Source of the DNA: an uncultured Planctomycetia bacterium
GTDB lineage: Bacteria > Omnitrophota > Gorgyraeia > 2-02-FULL-51-18
NCBI GenBank assembly: GCA_964606485.1
Contig: CAZSGP010000001.1
Span: 97,085-161,084, forward strand
Direction of reading: 5' to 3'
DNA length: 64,000 nt
The position numbers and the translations under genes are program-made. This document shows positions 1 to 9,100 of this stretch, in pieces. Within the stretch, counting starts at the first letter, position 1; every line of letters begins with the position of its first letter. The notes under the pieces were generated by a model, which was not told where the DNA came from, did not search any database, and saw only the letters and a program-made list of their open reading frames with translations.

Positions 1-721
1 TTAACTGTGTTAGGTTTAGCGGAAGGTCGTAGGTCTTAAAGTTGAGCTTATAAAATTTCCCCGGGTCTTTTGGATCAGGCTCATCACTCGTTCCGTGAAA
101 CAGCCTTAATTTCACCACCCCTTTTTCAGGAATAGACACGAGCTCTCCTTTTTGAGCAATGATGGTTCGAGTGGGGCGGCCTTCCTGCGGCTGATAAATG
201 CGAATCCCTTTTAATTCATTTTTATTGATCTCATAGATAAAAATGACGAAATTTTTGAATTTTTTAATGAAGGTCCCTTCCTCCAAAATAGCACCCGGAC
301 TGTCGATTCCGATTTGAGACATGATCCGGCGGTATTGGTAATGGCTGATTGATGAGATTCGATCGGACAGGAGGTAAGTTCCCATGGAGATCATGATGAC
401 CACCAGAAAGATGGGGAGAAGCACTTTGAAGAGACTGACACCGCTTGAGCGGATCGCGATCATTTCATGATCCATGGATAGTTTCGTGAATGCCAAAAGA
501 GACGCCAGGAGCACCGACACCGGAATGACAAAGGTCAAAATAAACGGAAACGTAAAAAATAAAAGCTGAAAGATGAGCAGTACATCCACACTTTTATTGA
601 AAATAAGATCCGCCATTTGAATAAAGCCCCGTCCTAAAAGCAGGATAAAAATCAGCGACGACACACACAGGGTAAAGGGGTGAAGAAATTCGATGATGAG
701 ATGGTTTCGTAAAATACGCAT
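1..721 (-). CDS. LptF/LptG (YjgP/YjgQ) family LPS-export permease. Partial: the N-terminal ~240 aa are present and the C-terminus lies beyond the window start.
   Basis: Minus-strand ATG at 721-719, 4 nt after the stop of the upstream comF-like gene. The translation MRILRNHLIIEFLHPFTLCVSSLIFILLLGRGFIQMADLI... has the typical LptF/G N-terminal pattern (R-Y-I/L x x E-F-L ... L-F-L-L). It is followed by TM helices and a periplasmic beta-jellyroll-like segment. Not in the ORF track, because the gene is truncated at the window edge. Confidence 0.65.
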   Translation of the reverse strand, partial: MRILRNHLIIEFLHPFTLCVSSLIFILLLGRGFIQMADLIFNKSVDVLLIFQLLFFTFPFILTFVIPVSVLLASLLAFTKLSMDHEMIAIRSSGVSLFKVLLPIFLVVIMISMGTYLLSDRISSISHYQYRRIMSQIGIDSPGAILEEGTFIKKFKNFVIFIYEINKNELKGIRIYQPQEGRPTRTIIAQKGELVSIPEKGVVKLRLFHGTSDEPDPKDPGKFYKLNFKTYDLPLNLTQL

Positions 722-725
722 CTTG

Positions 726-1409
726 TTAAAGGCTTCTGCAGAGCGCCAATAGTGTCACGGAGCTCGCGCCTGAATTTTTTAAAACTTTCGAACACTCGGA
801 GGCGGTGTGGCCGGTGGTCAGAATGTCGTCTATCAAAAGGAGGTTACGGTCTTTAAAAACCTCTTTGTCGCTCACGCGAAAAACATTTTTTACATTGCTC
901 TTGCGGGAATTTTTATCGAGCAGAAACTGAGGAGACGCTGAATCCTTTCGCTTAAGAAAACGCGACAAATGCGCAACGCCCAGCGAATCTGAAATCGAAC
1001 GCGACAGGAGCTCTGACTGATTAAACCCACGTTCTTTAAAGCGCTTCCATTCGAGGGGAACGCTGCAGATGCTGTCAAAGAAAACAGGTTTTTCAAGAGA
1101 TCTCAAAAAACTGAGCATGAGTTTGGAAAAATAAGAATGAAGATGTTTTTTATTTTCAAATTTGTAATGATGCACGAGTTCCCGCATCGATCCTTCGTAA
1201 GCGGTGCAGCACAGCGCTCGGTTAAATTCCGGACGCTCATCAAAGTCTGAAAGGGCTTTCTCGCGCAAAGGCTCACCGAGCAAGCGGATCGAAACGCCGC
1301 AGTTTTCACAGAGAGCTCCCTGGTAAAGAGGGGAGGCGCTTTTATGGCAAATTTCGCAGCGTTTGGGGAAAATCGCGCCGAGAGTTTTTTCGAGAGTGAC
1401 CGACAGCAT
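726..1409 (-). CDS. ComF/GntX family protein (phosphoribosyltransferase domain)
   Basis: N-terminal CxxC...CxxC zinc finger (CEICHK...CENCG). C-terminal PRTase motif LLLIDDILTTGHTASECSKVL. Confidence 0.75.
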   Translation of the reverse strand: MLSVTLEKTLGAIFPKRCEICHKSASPLYQGALCENCGVSIRLLGEPLREKALSDFDERPEFNRALCCTAYEGSMRELVHHYKFENKKHLHSYFSKLMLSFLRSLEKPVFFDSICSVPLEWKRFKERGFNQSELLSRSISDSLGVAHLSRFLKRKDSASPQFLLDKNSRKSNVKNVFRVSDKEVFKDRNLLLIDDILTTGHTASECSKVLKNSGASSVTLLALCRSL

Positions 1410-1444
1410 ACGCTGAACTATAACATAATTTTTTGAATTTCGGT

Positions 1445-1450
1445 ATAATC
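1445..1450 (+). promoter_or_regulatory. Candidate -10 box (TATAAT), 7 nt before the nth ATG. The mRNA may be leaderless.
   Basis: Exact TATAAT hexamer in the divergent 48-bp comF/nth intergenic region. No SD is visible before ATG 1458. Confidence 0.25.
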
Positions 1451-1457
1451 ATGCCCA

Positions 1458-2138
1458 ATGAAAAAGCCTCGCTCCGCGCCCGCAATTTTGGTTCATTTAC
1501 CAGAGATTTTGTCTCGATTATCGGAGCAGGCGAAGGGCTGGGAAGCGCCCGTCGCCGGTAAGTTTGCCAGTGAAGAAAACCCTGCTTTTAAAATCCTCAT
1601 TTCGACGGTTTTAAGTCTCCGCACGAAGGACACCACCACGGAGCCCGCAAGCCGGAGACTTTTTGCAAGAGCCGCAACCGCTCAAGATTTGCTCGAGGTT
1701 CCGATTCCTGAAATCGAAAAACTCATTTACCCCGTCGGGTTTTATCACACCAAGGCTAAAAATATTCATTCGATTTGCCGGGATTTAATTGAGCGTTTTG
1801 AAGGAAAAGTTCCGGATGAAATTGACGCGCTCTTGACATTGAGAGGCGTTGGACGAAAGACAGCTAACTTAGTGGTGACGGTTGGGTATGGTAAGCCAGG
1901 CATCTGCGTCGACACACATGTGCATCGGATTTCAAACCGCTGGGGGCTTGTGCGCTCCAAATCTCCAGACGAGACCGAAATGAAGCTAAGAAATATTTTG
2001 CCAAAGCGGTACTGGATAGGGTTTAATGATCTTTTGGTATCCTTTGGTCAAAACTTATGCGTGCCGGTTTCGCCTTTTTGTAGCCGTTGTCGCATGAGAG
2101 AGTTTTGTCCGAGAAACGGAGTAAAAACAAGTCGATGA
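1458..2138 (+). CDS. nth: Endonuclease III (DNA glycosylase/AP lyase)
   Basis: HhH-GPD motif LTLRGVGRKTANLVV. Catalytic K/D context. C-terminal 4Fe-4S cluster ligands CVPVSPFCSRCRMREFC. Confidence 0.9.
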   Translation: MKKPRSAPAILVHLPEILSRLSEQAKGWEAPVAGKFASEENPAFKILISTVLSLRTKDTTTEPASRRLFARAATAQDLLEVPIPEIEKLIYPVGFYHTKAKNIHSICRDLIERFEGKVPDEIDALLTLRGVGRKTANLVVTVGYGKPGICVDTHVHRISNRWGLVRSKSPDETEMKLRNILPKRYWIGFNDLLVSFGQNLCVPVSPFCSRCRMREFCPRNGVKTSR

Positions 2139-2476
2139 ATCCAGAAACAAGACCGTGGGGCAGTTATCAAATTCTGCACGCGGAGCCAGGCATGCAGGTT
2201 AAGCGCGTTCAAATTAATCCGGGCGCGCGCCTGAGTTTACAAAAACATTCGAAGCGTTTAGAAAATTGGCTTGTCACGTCTGGGCAGGGCATTGCCACGC
2301 TTGACGAAAAAGAAATTCCGGTTTCTTCGGGAGTTTTTATTCACATCAACATAGGTCAGAAGCACCGCATGGCGTGCACAGGAAGCGCGCCGCTTGTATT
2401 TGTGGAAGTGCAGCTAGGTTCTTATCTCGGGGAGGATGATATCATTCGATTTCAGGACGACTTTGGCCGGGTTTAA
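2135..2476 (+). CDS. Stand-alone cupin, resembling the C-terminal domain of mannose-6-phosphate isomerase type II
   Basis: RPWGSYQIL...VKRVQINPGARLSLQKHSKRLENWLV...G resembles the cupin of ManC/PMI type II. The likely true start is ATG 2135, the TGATG overlap with the nth stop, rather than the 2087 ORF-track start. Confidence 0.55.
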   Translation: MNPETRPWGSYQILHAEPGMQVKRVQINPGARLSLQKHSKRLENWLVTSGQGIATLDEKEIPVSSGVFIHINIGQKHRMACTGSAPLVFVEVQLGSYLGEDDIIRFQDDFGRV

Positions 2477-3083
2477 AAAGCTTCTTATCCTCATCATTGC
2501 GCTAGCCCTTGCTGGTGTGTGTTTTTTTTATCTTAAACAACATTCGCTTGAACCCAAAGCTTCGGGCGTAAAACCAGCTGTTCAGATTTCCAGAGCTGAA
2601 GCTCCACAAGATCGTTCCGGAATTGAAATTCCGGATCTTTATTGGGGGATGAATCGAAAAGAGGTGGAGCGTGTTCTTGGCAAAGCGCTCGCTGAAGCCC
2701 CACAAACACGTAAATTCTACTCGCCGCGCAACCCGATCGCGTCCGCCCAAGCCCAGACGTTTCGCATGGAAGGACAAGCTTTTTTAGGCAAAGAATCCGA
2801 TTACGTTTTTTTATTTTTAGGAGACAAACTAGCCGCGTATTATATTTTCATCAAAGGATTTGAGCCGGATGAGCTCGATGACGCGATGCGGAGTTTTTTG
2901 ATTAAAAAATTCGGAGAAACTTACGTGGTTCCTGCTGATCCCGACCAAGAACTTCTCAAAATGATTTGGCAAAAGAAGACATTGACCGTGAATTACTGGG
3001 TTTTTAAGGAAGAATTGACCATGACCCAGAAAGCTTGCGCGGGTTTTGGTGTGATTAACCACCAGATTGAGGAAAGTCTATAA
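2457..3083 (+). CDS. Hypothetical membrane-anchored protein (signal-anchor helix LLILIIALALAGVCFFYL)
   Basis: ORF 2436-3083. The start is uncertain: ATG 2436 or TTG 2457. One N-terminal TM helix, no recognisable catalytic motif. Confidence 0.4.
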   Translation, partial: TTLAGFKKLLILIIALALAGVCFFYLKQHSLEPKASGVKPAVQISRAEAPQDRSGIEIPDLYWGMNRKEVERVLGKALAEAPQTRKFYSPRNPIASAQAQTFRMEGQAFLGKESDYVFLFLGDKLAAYYIFIKGFEPDELDDAMRSFLIKKFGETYVVPADPDQELLKMIWQKKTLTVNYWVFKEELTMTQKACAGFGVINHQIEESL

Positions 3084-3135
3084 TTTTTGCTTAATTTTTA
3101 TTAATCTTTTTACTGGTTTATGCTATATTAACTAC

Positions 3136-6100
3136 ATGCCTAAGTCCGTGCGCCGTTTTTTAGCTTCATTTCTAGTTATAAGCTTGATCGGAGCTTATGC
3201 AGGCCCTTCCGTTTACCCCGCTTCCCGCGCCAAAGAAAAAGTAAACGCCATTTTCAAGCAAGGAAAAGTTTTCTACGATCAAGGGAAATATAAAGAAGCG
3301 TTAGATGTCTGGAATTCCTTGGATGAGGAGCTTCTATCCCAAGAGCCTTCGGTTCAGAAAGTCATTGAATTTTTAAAAGGCAAAATTCCTTCCGATTACG
3401 AGGAGCAAGAAGCGGCTTCCGCGCCAAGCGCCCCGACAGTTTCAAGCGTGACAGTGCCGGTGGAAACCTCTGCAGAAGCAGCGTCGATAGCTCCCATCAA
3501 AACCCCATCCGCCGTTAGCCAGTCCCTGAACGATAGCACTAAAAATTTACAATCTCAGATCTCGCAAGCCAAGGCTCAAAAAGGGCAAAATGCCAAAAAA
3601 TCGGCTGAGGCCGAAGCGGCTCTTCTTGCCGATTTTCAAAAAGGGAAAGATTTGTTCGATCAGGGAAATGGACGCGAAGCGCTGGCTGTTTGGAGAGGGT
3701 TGTTGCCCAAAGTTGCGAATCCCGGAGAGCTCGAGAAGCAGCTTAAAAAAATTGAAAGCTCACTGAATGATTTAGACGCTGCTCGGGCTGAAGCCGCAAA
3801 ATTTTCTGCCGTCGGCGGGCAGAAATTTCAAGCTCCCGGAGGATTTGTGGCCTTGCTTGAAGGCGTGAGCGAAGATCTCGACAATGTGCAGTCTCAGATA
3901 GCGCAAGCCAAGATTCAGAAAGAACAGGATGCCAAGAAATCTGCCGAAGAAGCCCTTGTTGCCGAATTCCAAAAAGGGAAGGTTTTATTTGATAAGGGTA
4001 ACGCGCGGGACGCGTTAGCGATTTGGAAAGCGTTATTGCCTAAAGTAAAAAATTCCGGAGAGCTCGAAAAACAACTCATCAAAATTGAGAGCTCACTCGA
4101 TGATTTAGACGCCGCTCGCGCTGCTTCCGCAAAATTTTCTGCGGCCGGCGGGCAGAAGTTTCAGGCGCCCGGAGGATTTGTAACCCTACTTCAAGGAGTC
4201 AGCGAATACCTCGACAAAGAAGCCCGCGAAGTGGAATGGACACGTTGGAAATCAGACGAAAAAGTTTTGGATCGACAGAAATGGATTAAAGAAAACTACG
4301 AAAAAGCACATGACCTTTTTTCGAGAGAAAAGTACAAAGAAGCAATCGATATGTACGCGCTGATTCTGCCTTATCTCGAGGACGGCGAAAACATTGAGCC
4401 TTTTCTTCAGAGTGTCCGCATGAGTTATCAAAATTTATTGGACGCGCAAAAGGCAAGCGAGCAGATCGAGCAAAACGCGCCTAAAAAATTCAAAGCTCCC
4501 GTTGAACTGGTAACGTACTTGTCCAAAGCCGAAACAGAATTGCAGTCTCAAGCCAAGATTGCGCTTGAGCAGAAGCAAAAACTGGAAAAAGCGGGACTGG
4601 ATCAGCAGGTTTTGATGAACACGAATTTTGAAAAAGGAAAAGCACTTTACGAAAAGGGCAGGATTAAAGAGGCGGTTGCCGCCTGGAGTTCTGTGACGCC
4701 TTATCTTGAAGAAGGGGCTCGCGTCCAGGGGTATTTGGAATCCATTTCTAAAAATTACGAAGCTGCGCGAATTACCGATGAATTTGTGCAGGGGGCGTCG
4801 TTGAAAATTGGTAAGAAGTTTAAAGCACCGGATGGATTCATTCTAAATTTAAAAGAAGCAAGTGAGGCTCTAGAAAAAGAAGCCCAGCAAGCCGCAATGT
4901 TGAAATGGAAAACGCAGAACGAATTGATGGACCAAGAAAAGTGGTTCAAAGAAACGCTGGCGCAAGCCAAGGCCCATTTCGACGAGGGGAGAGTTGAAAA
5001 GGGCCTTGAGACCTCTCGACAGGTGTTGCCTATGCTCGAAGAGTCCGCCCAAATCCAAGCATTCTTAGATGGGATTGCGCTGAGCGAGCAAAATTTACAA
5101 GACGCCAAAAAAACGAGCGCTCAATTTGCGCAGAGCCGCAATAAAAAGTTCAAAGCCCCCGACGCTTTAATCGCGATGCTTTCCGATGCCGATCAGCGCC
5201 TGCAGTTCCAAGCCAAACAAGCCATGACTCAAAAAGCAGTCGTTGATAAAGCAGCACTCGATCAGCAAGTCTGGGTGAACAGCGCTTTTGAAAAGGGCAA
5301 GGCTTTTTACCAGCAGGGCAAAGTTCGAGAAGCGATCTCAGCATGGACGACGATTACGCCTTATTTGGAAGGTGGAACAGATATTCAAAGTTCTCTCGAT
5401 CTCGTTCAGAAAAATTACGAGTCTGCTCAAGCTTCTGCGCAATTGGCAAAGGATGCCGTTTCGCAAAAGGATCAAAAATACAAATCTCCTGCAGAACTAC
5501 CAGTAATCATGGAGCAGATGAACGCAAAGCTTCAGACGGATTTACTGGAATCCAAAGCGCAGAAGGCGCGCACCGAACAAGCCGTTGCTGAAAGACAGAA
5601 GTGGATTCTTTCAACTTTTCAAAAAGGAAAAGACTTTTTCGCGAGCGGACACACCCAAGATGCGATCACCGAATGGGACCGGCTAACTCCTTATTTGGAA
5701 GAGGCGTCTGAAATCCGCGCGTTAATTGAAAAGGCCAAATTATCTTATCAGTCCTTGGTTCTCGCGCAGTCGGAAACGGCTCGCTTTGCGTCTACAGAGT
5801 ATAAATCGTTAAAGGTTCCATACGCCGCAGATATTCAAGCATCTTTAGCTCAGTCCTTGTCGAGTTTGGAAACGCAAACACAAATAGCTCTTGAACAAAA
5901 ATCCCAGCTTGAAAAAACCATTTCAGATCGAAAGGTCTGGATCGATCAAACCTTCTTAAAAGGCAAAGCGTTATACGAAAAAGGCCAGTTCAAGGAAGCG
6001 GCTCAAACGTGGAGTGCGCTCGTGCCGTATTTGGATTCGTCGGCGCAGATCAGAGTGGCCATCGACGCAGTTTTGAATCATGCCGATCAAGCGGTGGTGG

Positions 6101-9100
6101 TTAAAACCCAGGCAGAAGAGGCTATTTCCAAAAAAGATCAGGCCTTTAAAGCGCCCGATGAACTTGCCAAAATGCTGCTTCTAGCCAAGCAGTCGCTTAA
6201 GACAGAGGCGTTTCAGGCGCAGACTCAAAAAGCACAGCTCGATCAAACTTTGTTTGAGCGTCAACAATGGATTAATCAAAATTTCCAAAAAGGAAAAGAT
6301 TTATACGGAAAGCAAAAATACACCGAAGCATTGAGCGCTTGGAAGGAAATTTTGCCATATCTTGAAAATAAGGATGAGGTGAAGTCCTACATCGAGTCCG
6401 TTGAAGCGTCCATTGAAAACGCCAAAGATGCTAAAAATGCGGCCGATCAAGCCCAGTCGAGAGTTCAGAGCAAGGTGAAAGCGCCTCAAGAGCTGATCAA
6501 ATCCCTTAGCGATTTAAGTCAAAAACATAAGCTGGAAATTCAGGAGTCCCTAAGTGCTCGCTCCAAGTTCGAGCAAGATTCCGAGAATCGTGAAAAATTT
6601 GTAACCGATACCTTCCAAAAAGGAAAAGATCTCTACAATCAGGGCTCTTATTTGGAGGCTATCAGCACATGGAAATCCATTTTGCCGTACTTAGAGGAAA
6701 GCTCTCAAGCTCAAGCTTACTTGCAGAGCGTTCAAGCCAGTTTAGAGAATGCCCAGGAAGCTAAGCGCGCGGCCGACGCGGCAAAAATGGAAATCGACCG
6801 GAAATTTCAGGCGCCTGGGGAACTATTGCTTTACTTGAATCAAGCCGGTCAAAAGCTAAGTGAGGAAGCCAAGCTTTCCAATGGGCTTCGCGTCAAGGCC
6901 GAGCAAAACGTTTCTGACCGCCGCGATTGGCTCGTGTCTACTTTCCAAAAAGGCCGTGCATTGGTCGAGCAGGGTAAGGTTCAGGAAGGGTTGCAAGTTT
7001 TTAACCAGCTAATACCTTATCTTAACGAAGAAAAAGAAGTGGCTCAGGCGATCAAGGCGATTGAGAAAAATTACAACGATGCGAGCGCAGCAAAAGCAGC
7101 ATTGACACAGACCCAAGAAAAATCAAACCAGAAATTTAAGGCACCGGCTGAGTTGACCGCTTTGCTGAGCCAGGCGAATTTACGCTTCCAGACAGAAATT
7201 GCAGATGCCCTAAGCCGTAAAAAACAATCCGAAGATTCACTTTCGCAAAAACAGCTTTGGATTTTGACGGCGTTCCAAAAGGGTAAAGAGCTTTATACCC
7301 AGGGTAAGATTGGAGAGGCTGTCGAATCTTGGGGAGAAATGACGCCGTATTTGGATCCTCAGTCCGATGCCCAAAAATTAATCGATCAATCCAAAGAAAG
7401 TCAGAGAGCGGCGCTCGAAGCGCGTCGCTCGGCTGTCGCCGCGGCCGCCAAAGAATACCAAGGTTTTCAGATTCCAGCGGATTTAGTCACTTACTTGGAT
7501 GATGCCGATCAAAAGCTGAGAAACGAAGCCCAGTCACTGAGCGCTCAAAAATTGAGAGCGGACAAAACATTTTTTGATAAGCAGGCTTGGATCAATGCGA
7601 GTTTCGAGAAGGGACTTGCTTTCTATCAGAATGGAAAAATTCCCGAAGCATTGGACGCCTGGGATAATTTAATCCCATACCTTGAATCGGAGCCTTTACT
7701 TAAAAAAGAATTGGTGAGCCTTCGCTCGGAATATGCGGCCATTCTTCAGATTCAAAAAGAGGTTGAAGCGCAGAAGGGCCAGAAATTGCAGGCCCCGGCG
7801 GAATTAAAAATGGCTCTCGCGGACTTTACTGGCCAACTTAAATTAAAAACGCAAGCCTATCAAAATGACAAGTCGGCCCTTGAGAAATCACTGCTCGATC
7901 GTCAGGCCGCCGTCAATGATAGCCTGCAAAAAGCAAAGCAACTTTTTAAGGATGAAAAACCGGCTGAAGCGGTGGCACTTCTAGAGGATATTGTTCCAAA
8001 CTTCGACGCAGATTCAGGCATTGCGGCTCAGGTCGCCGGACTGCGCGCAAGCCAGAAGAATTTATTAGCCGCGCAAGCGGTGGCGCAGCAAGCCTTGCAA
8101 AAGAAAGATCAAAAATTAAAGGCGCCGGACGGATTTTTGAAAGCCATAGCCGGATTTGATCAGGCTCTTCAAAATAAAACGAAAGAGTCCCTGAGCGTTC
8201 AGGCCCAGCTCCAATCTGATATGGCTGACCGTCAAAAATTAGTCGAGATGACATTTCTCAAAGGCCAAACGGCTTTCAATGAAGGTAAAATTCGTGAAGC
8301 GTTAGAGAGTTGGACCTCGCTCACAGCGTATCTTGAAAAAGACTCCGAAGCTGCGGTGATGATTGACCAGGTACAGACACGCTACAAGAATCTTCTGGAT
8401 GCGCAGTTCCAGGCTCAGGCGGCTGCCGTTAAAAAAGATCAAAAATTCCAACTTTCACCGGCTTGGCTCAAGAGCATTGCTAGCGCTCAGTCGGGTCTTG
8501 AAGCTCAAACCAAAGAGGTGATTGGACAGCGTCTCGCCATGGAAAAATCTGTTTCGAACCGCCATGCGTGGATTCAAACAACCTTTGAATCAGGCAATGC
8601 CAACTACCAAAACGGGGATTACGACAAGGCGCTCGCAGAATGGCAGAAGCTGACGCCGTATGTGGATGAGTCATCCGGGTTTGAGGAGTTGCTCGCCCAA
8701 ACAAAAGCGTCGCTAGCCAATTTTCAGGCTGCTAAAACCCAAACAGCAAACTTTGCTTCCACACAGTACAAGTCTCTTAAAGTGCCTTATGCCGGCGAAA
8801 TGAATGCCACGCTAAGCAAGGTGCTGGCCGATTTAGACCGAGAGACGCAAAGCGCCGTCGGACAAAAGGCGCAAATGGAAAAAACACTTTCAGAACGCAA
8901 AGCCTGGGTCGACCAAAATTTCCAAAAAGGAAAAGAGCTTTTCCAGAAAGGCCAGATCAAAGATGCGGCAGTAACTTGGACAGCACTTATCCCTTATTTG
9001 GAATCGGAACAGCAAATCAAAGCGCTCCTGGATGCCCTACTCAAAAATTATGAATTTGCGACGCAGGCGCAGTCTCAAGCCAAGGAAGTGCTCTCCCGCA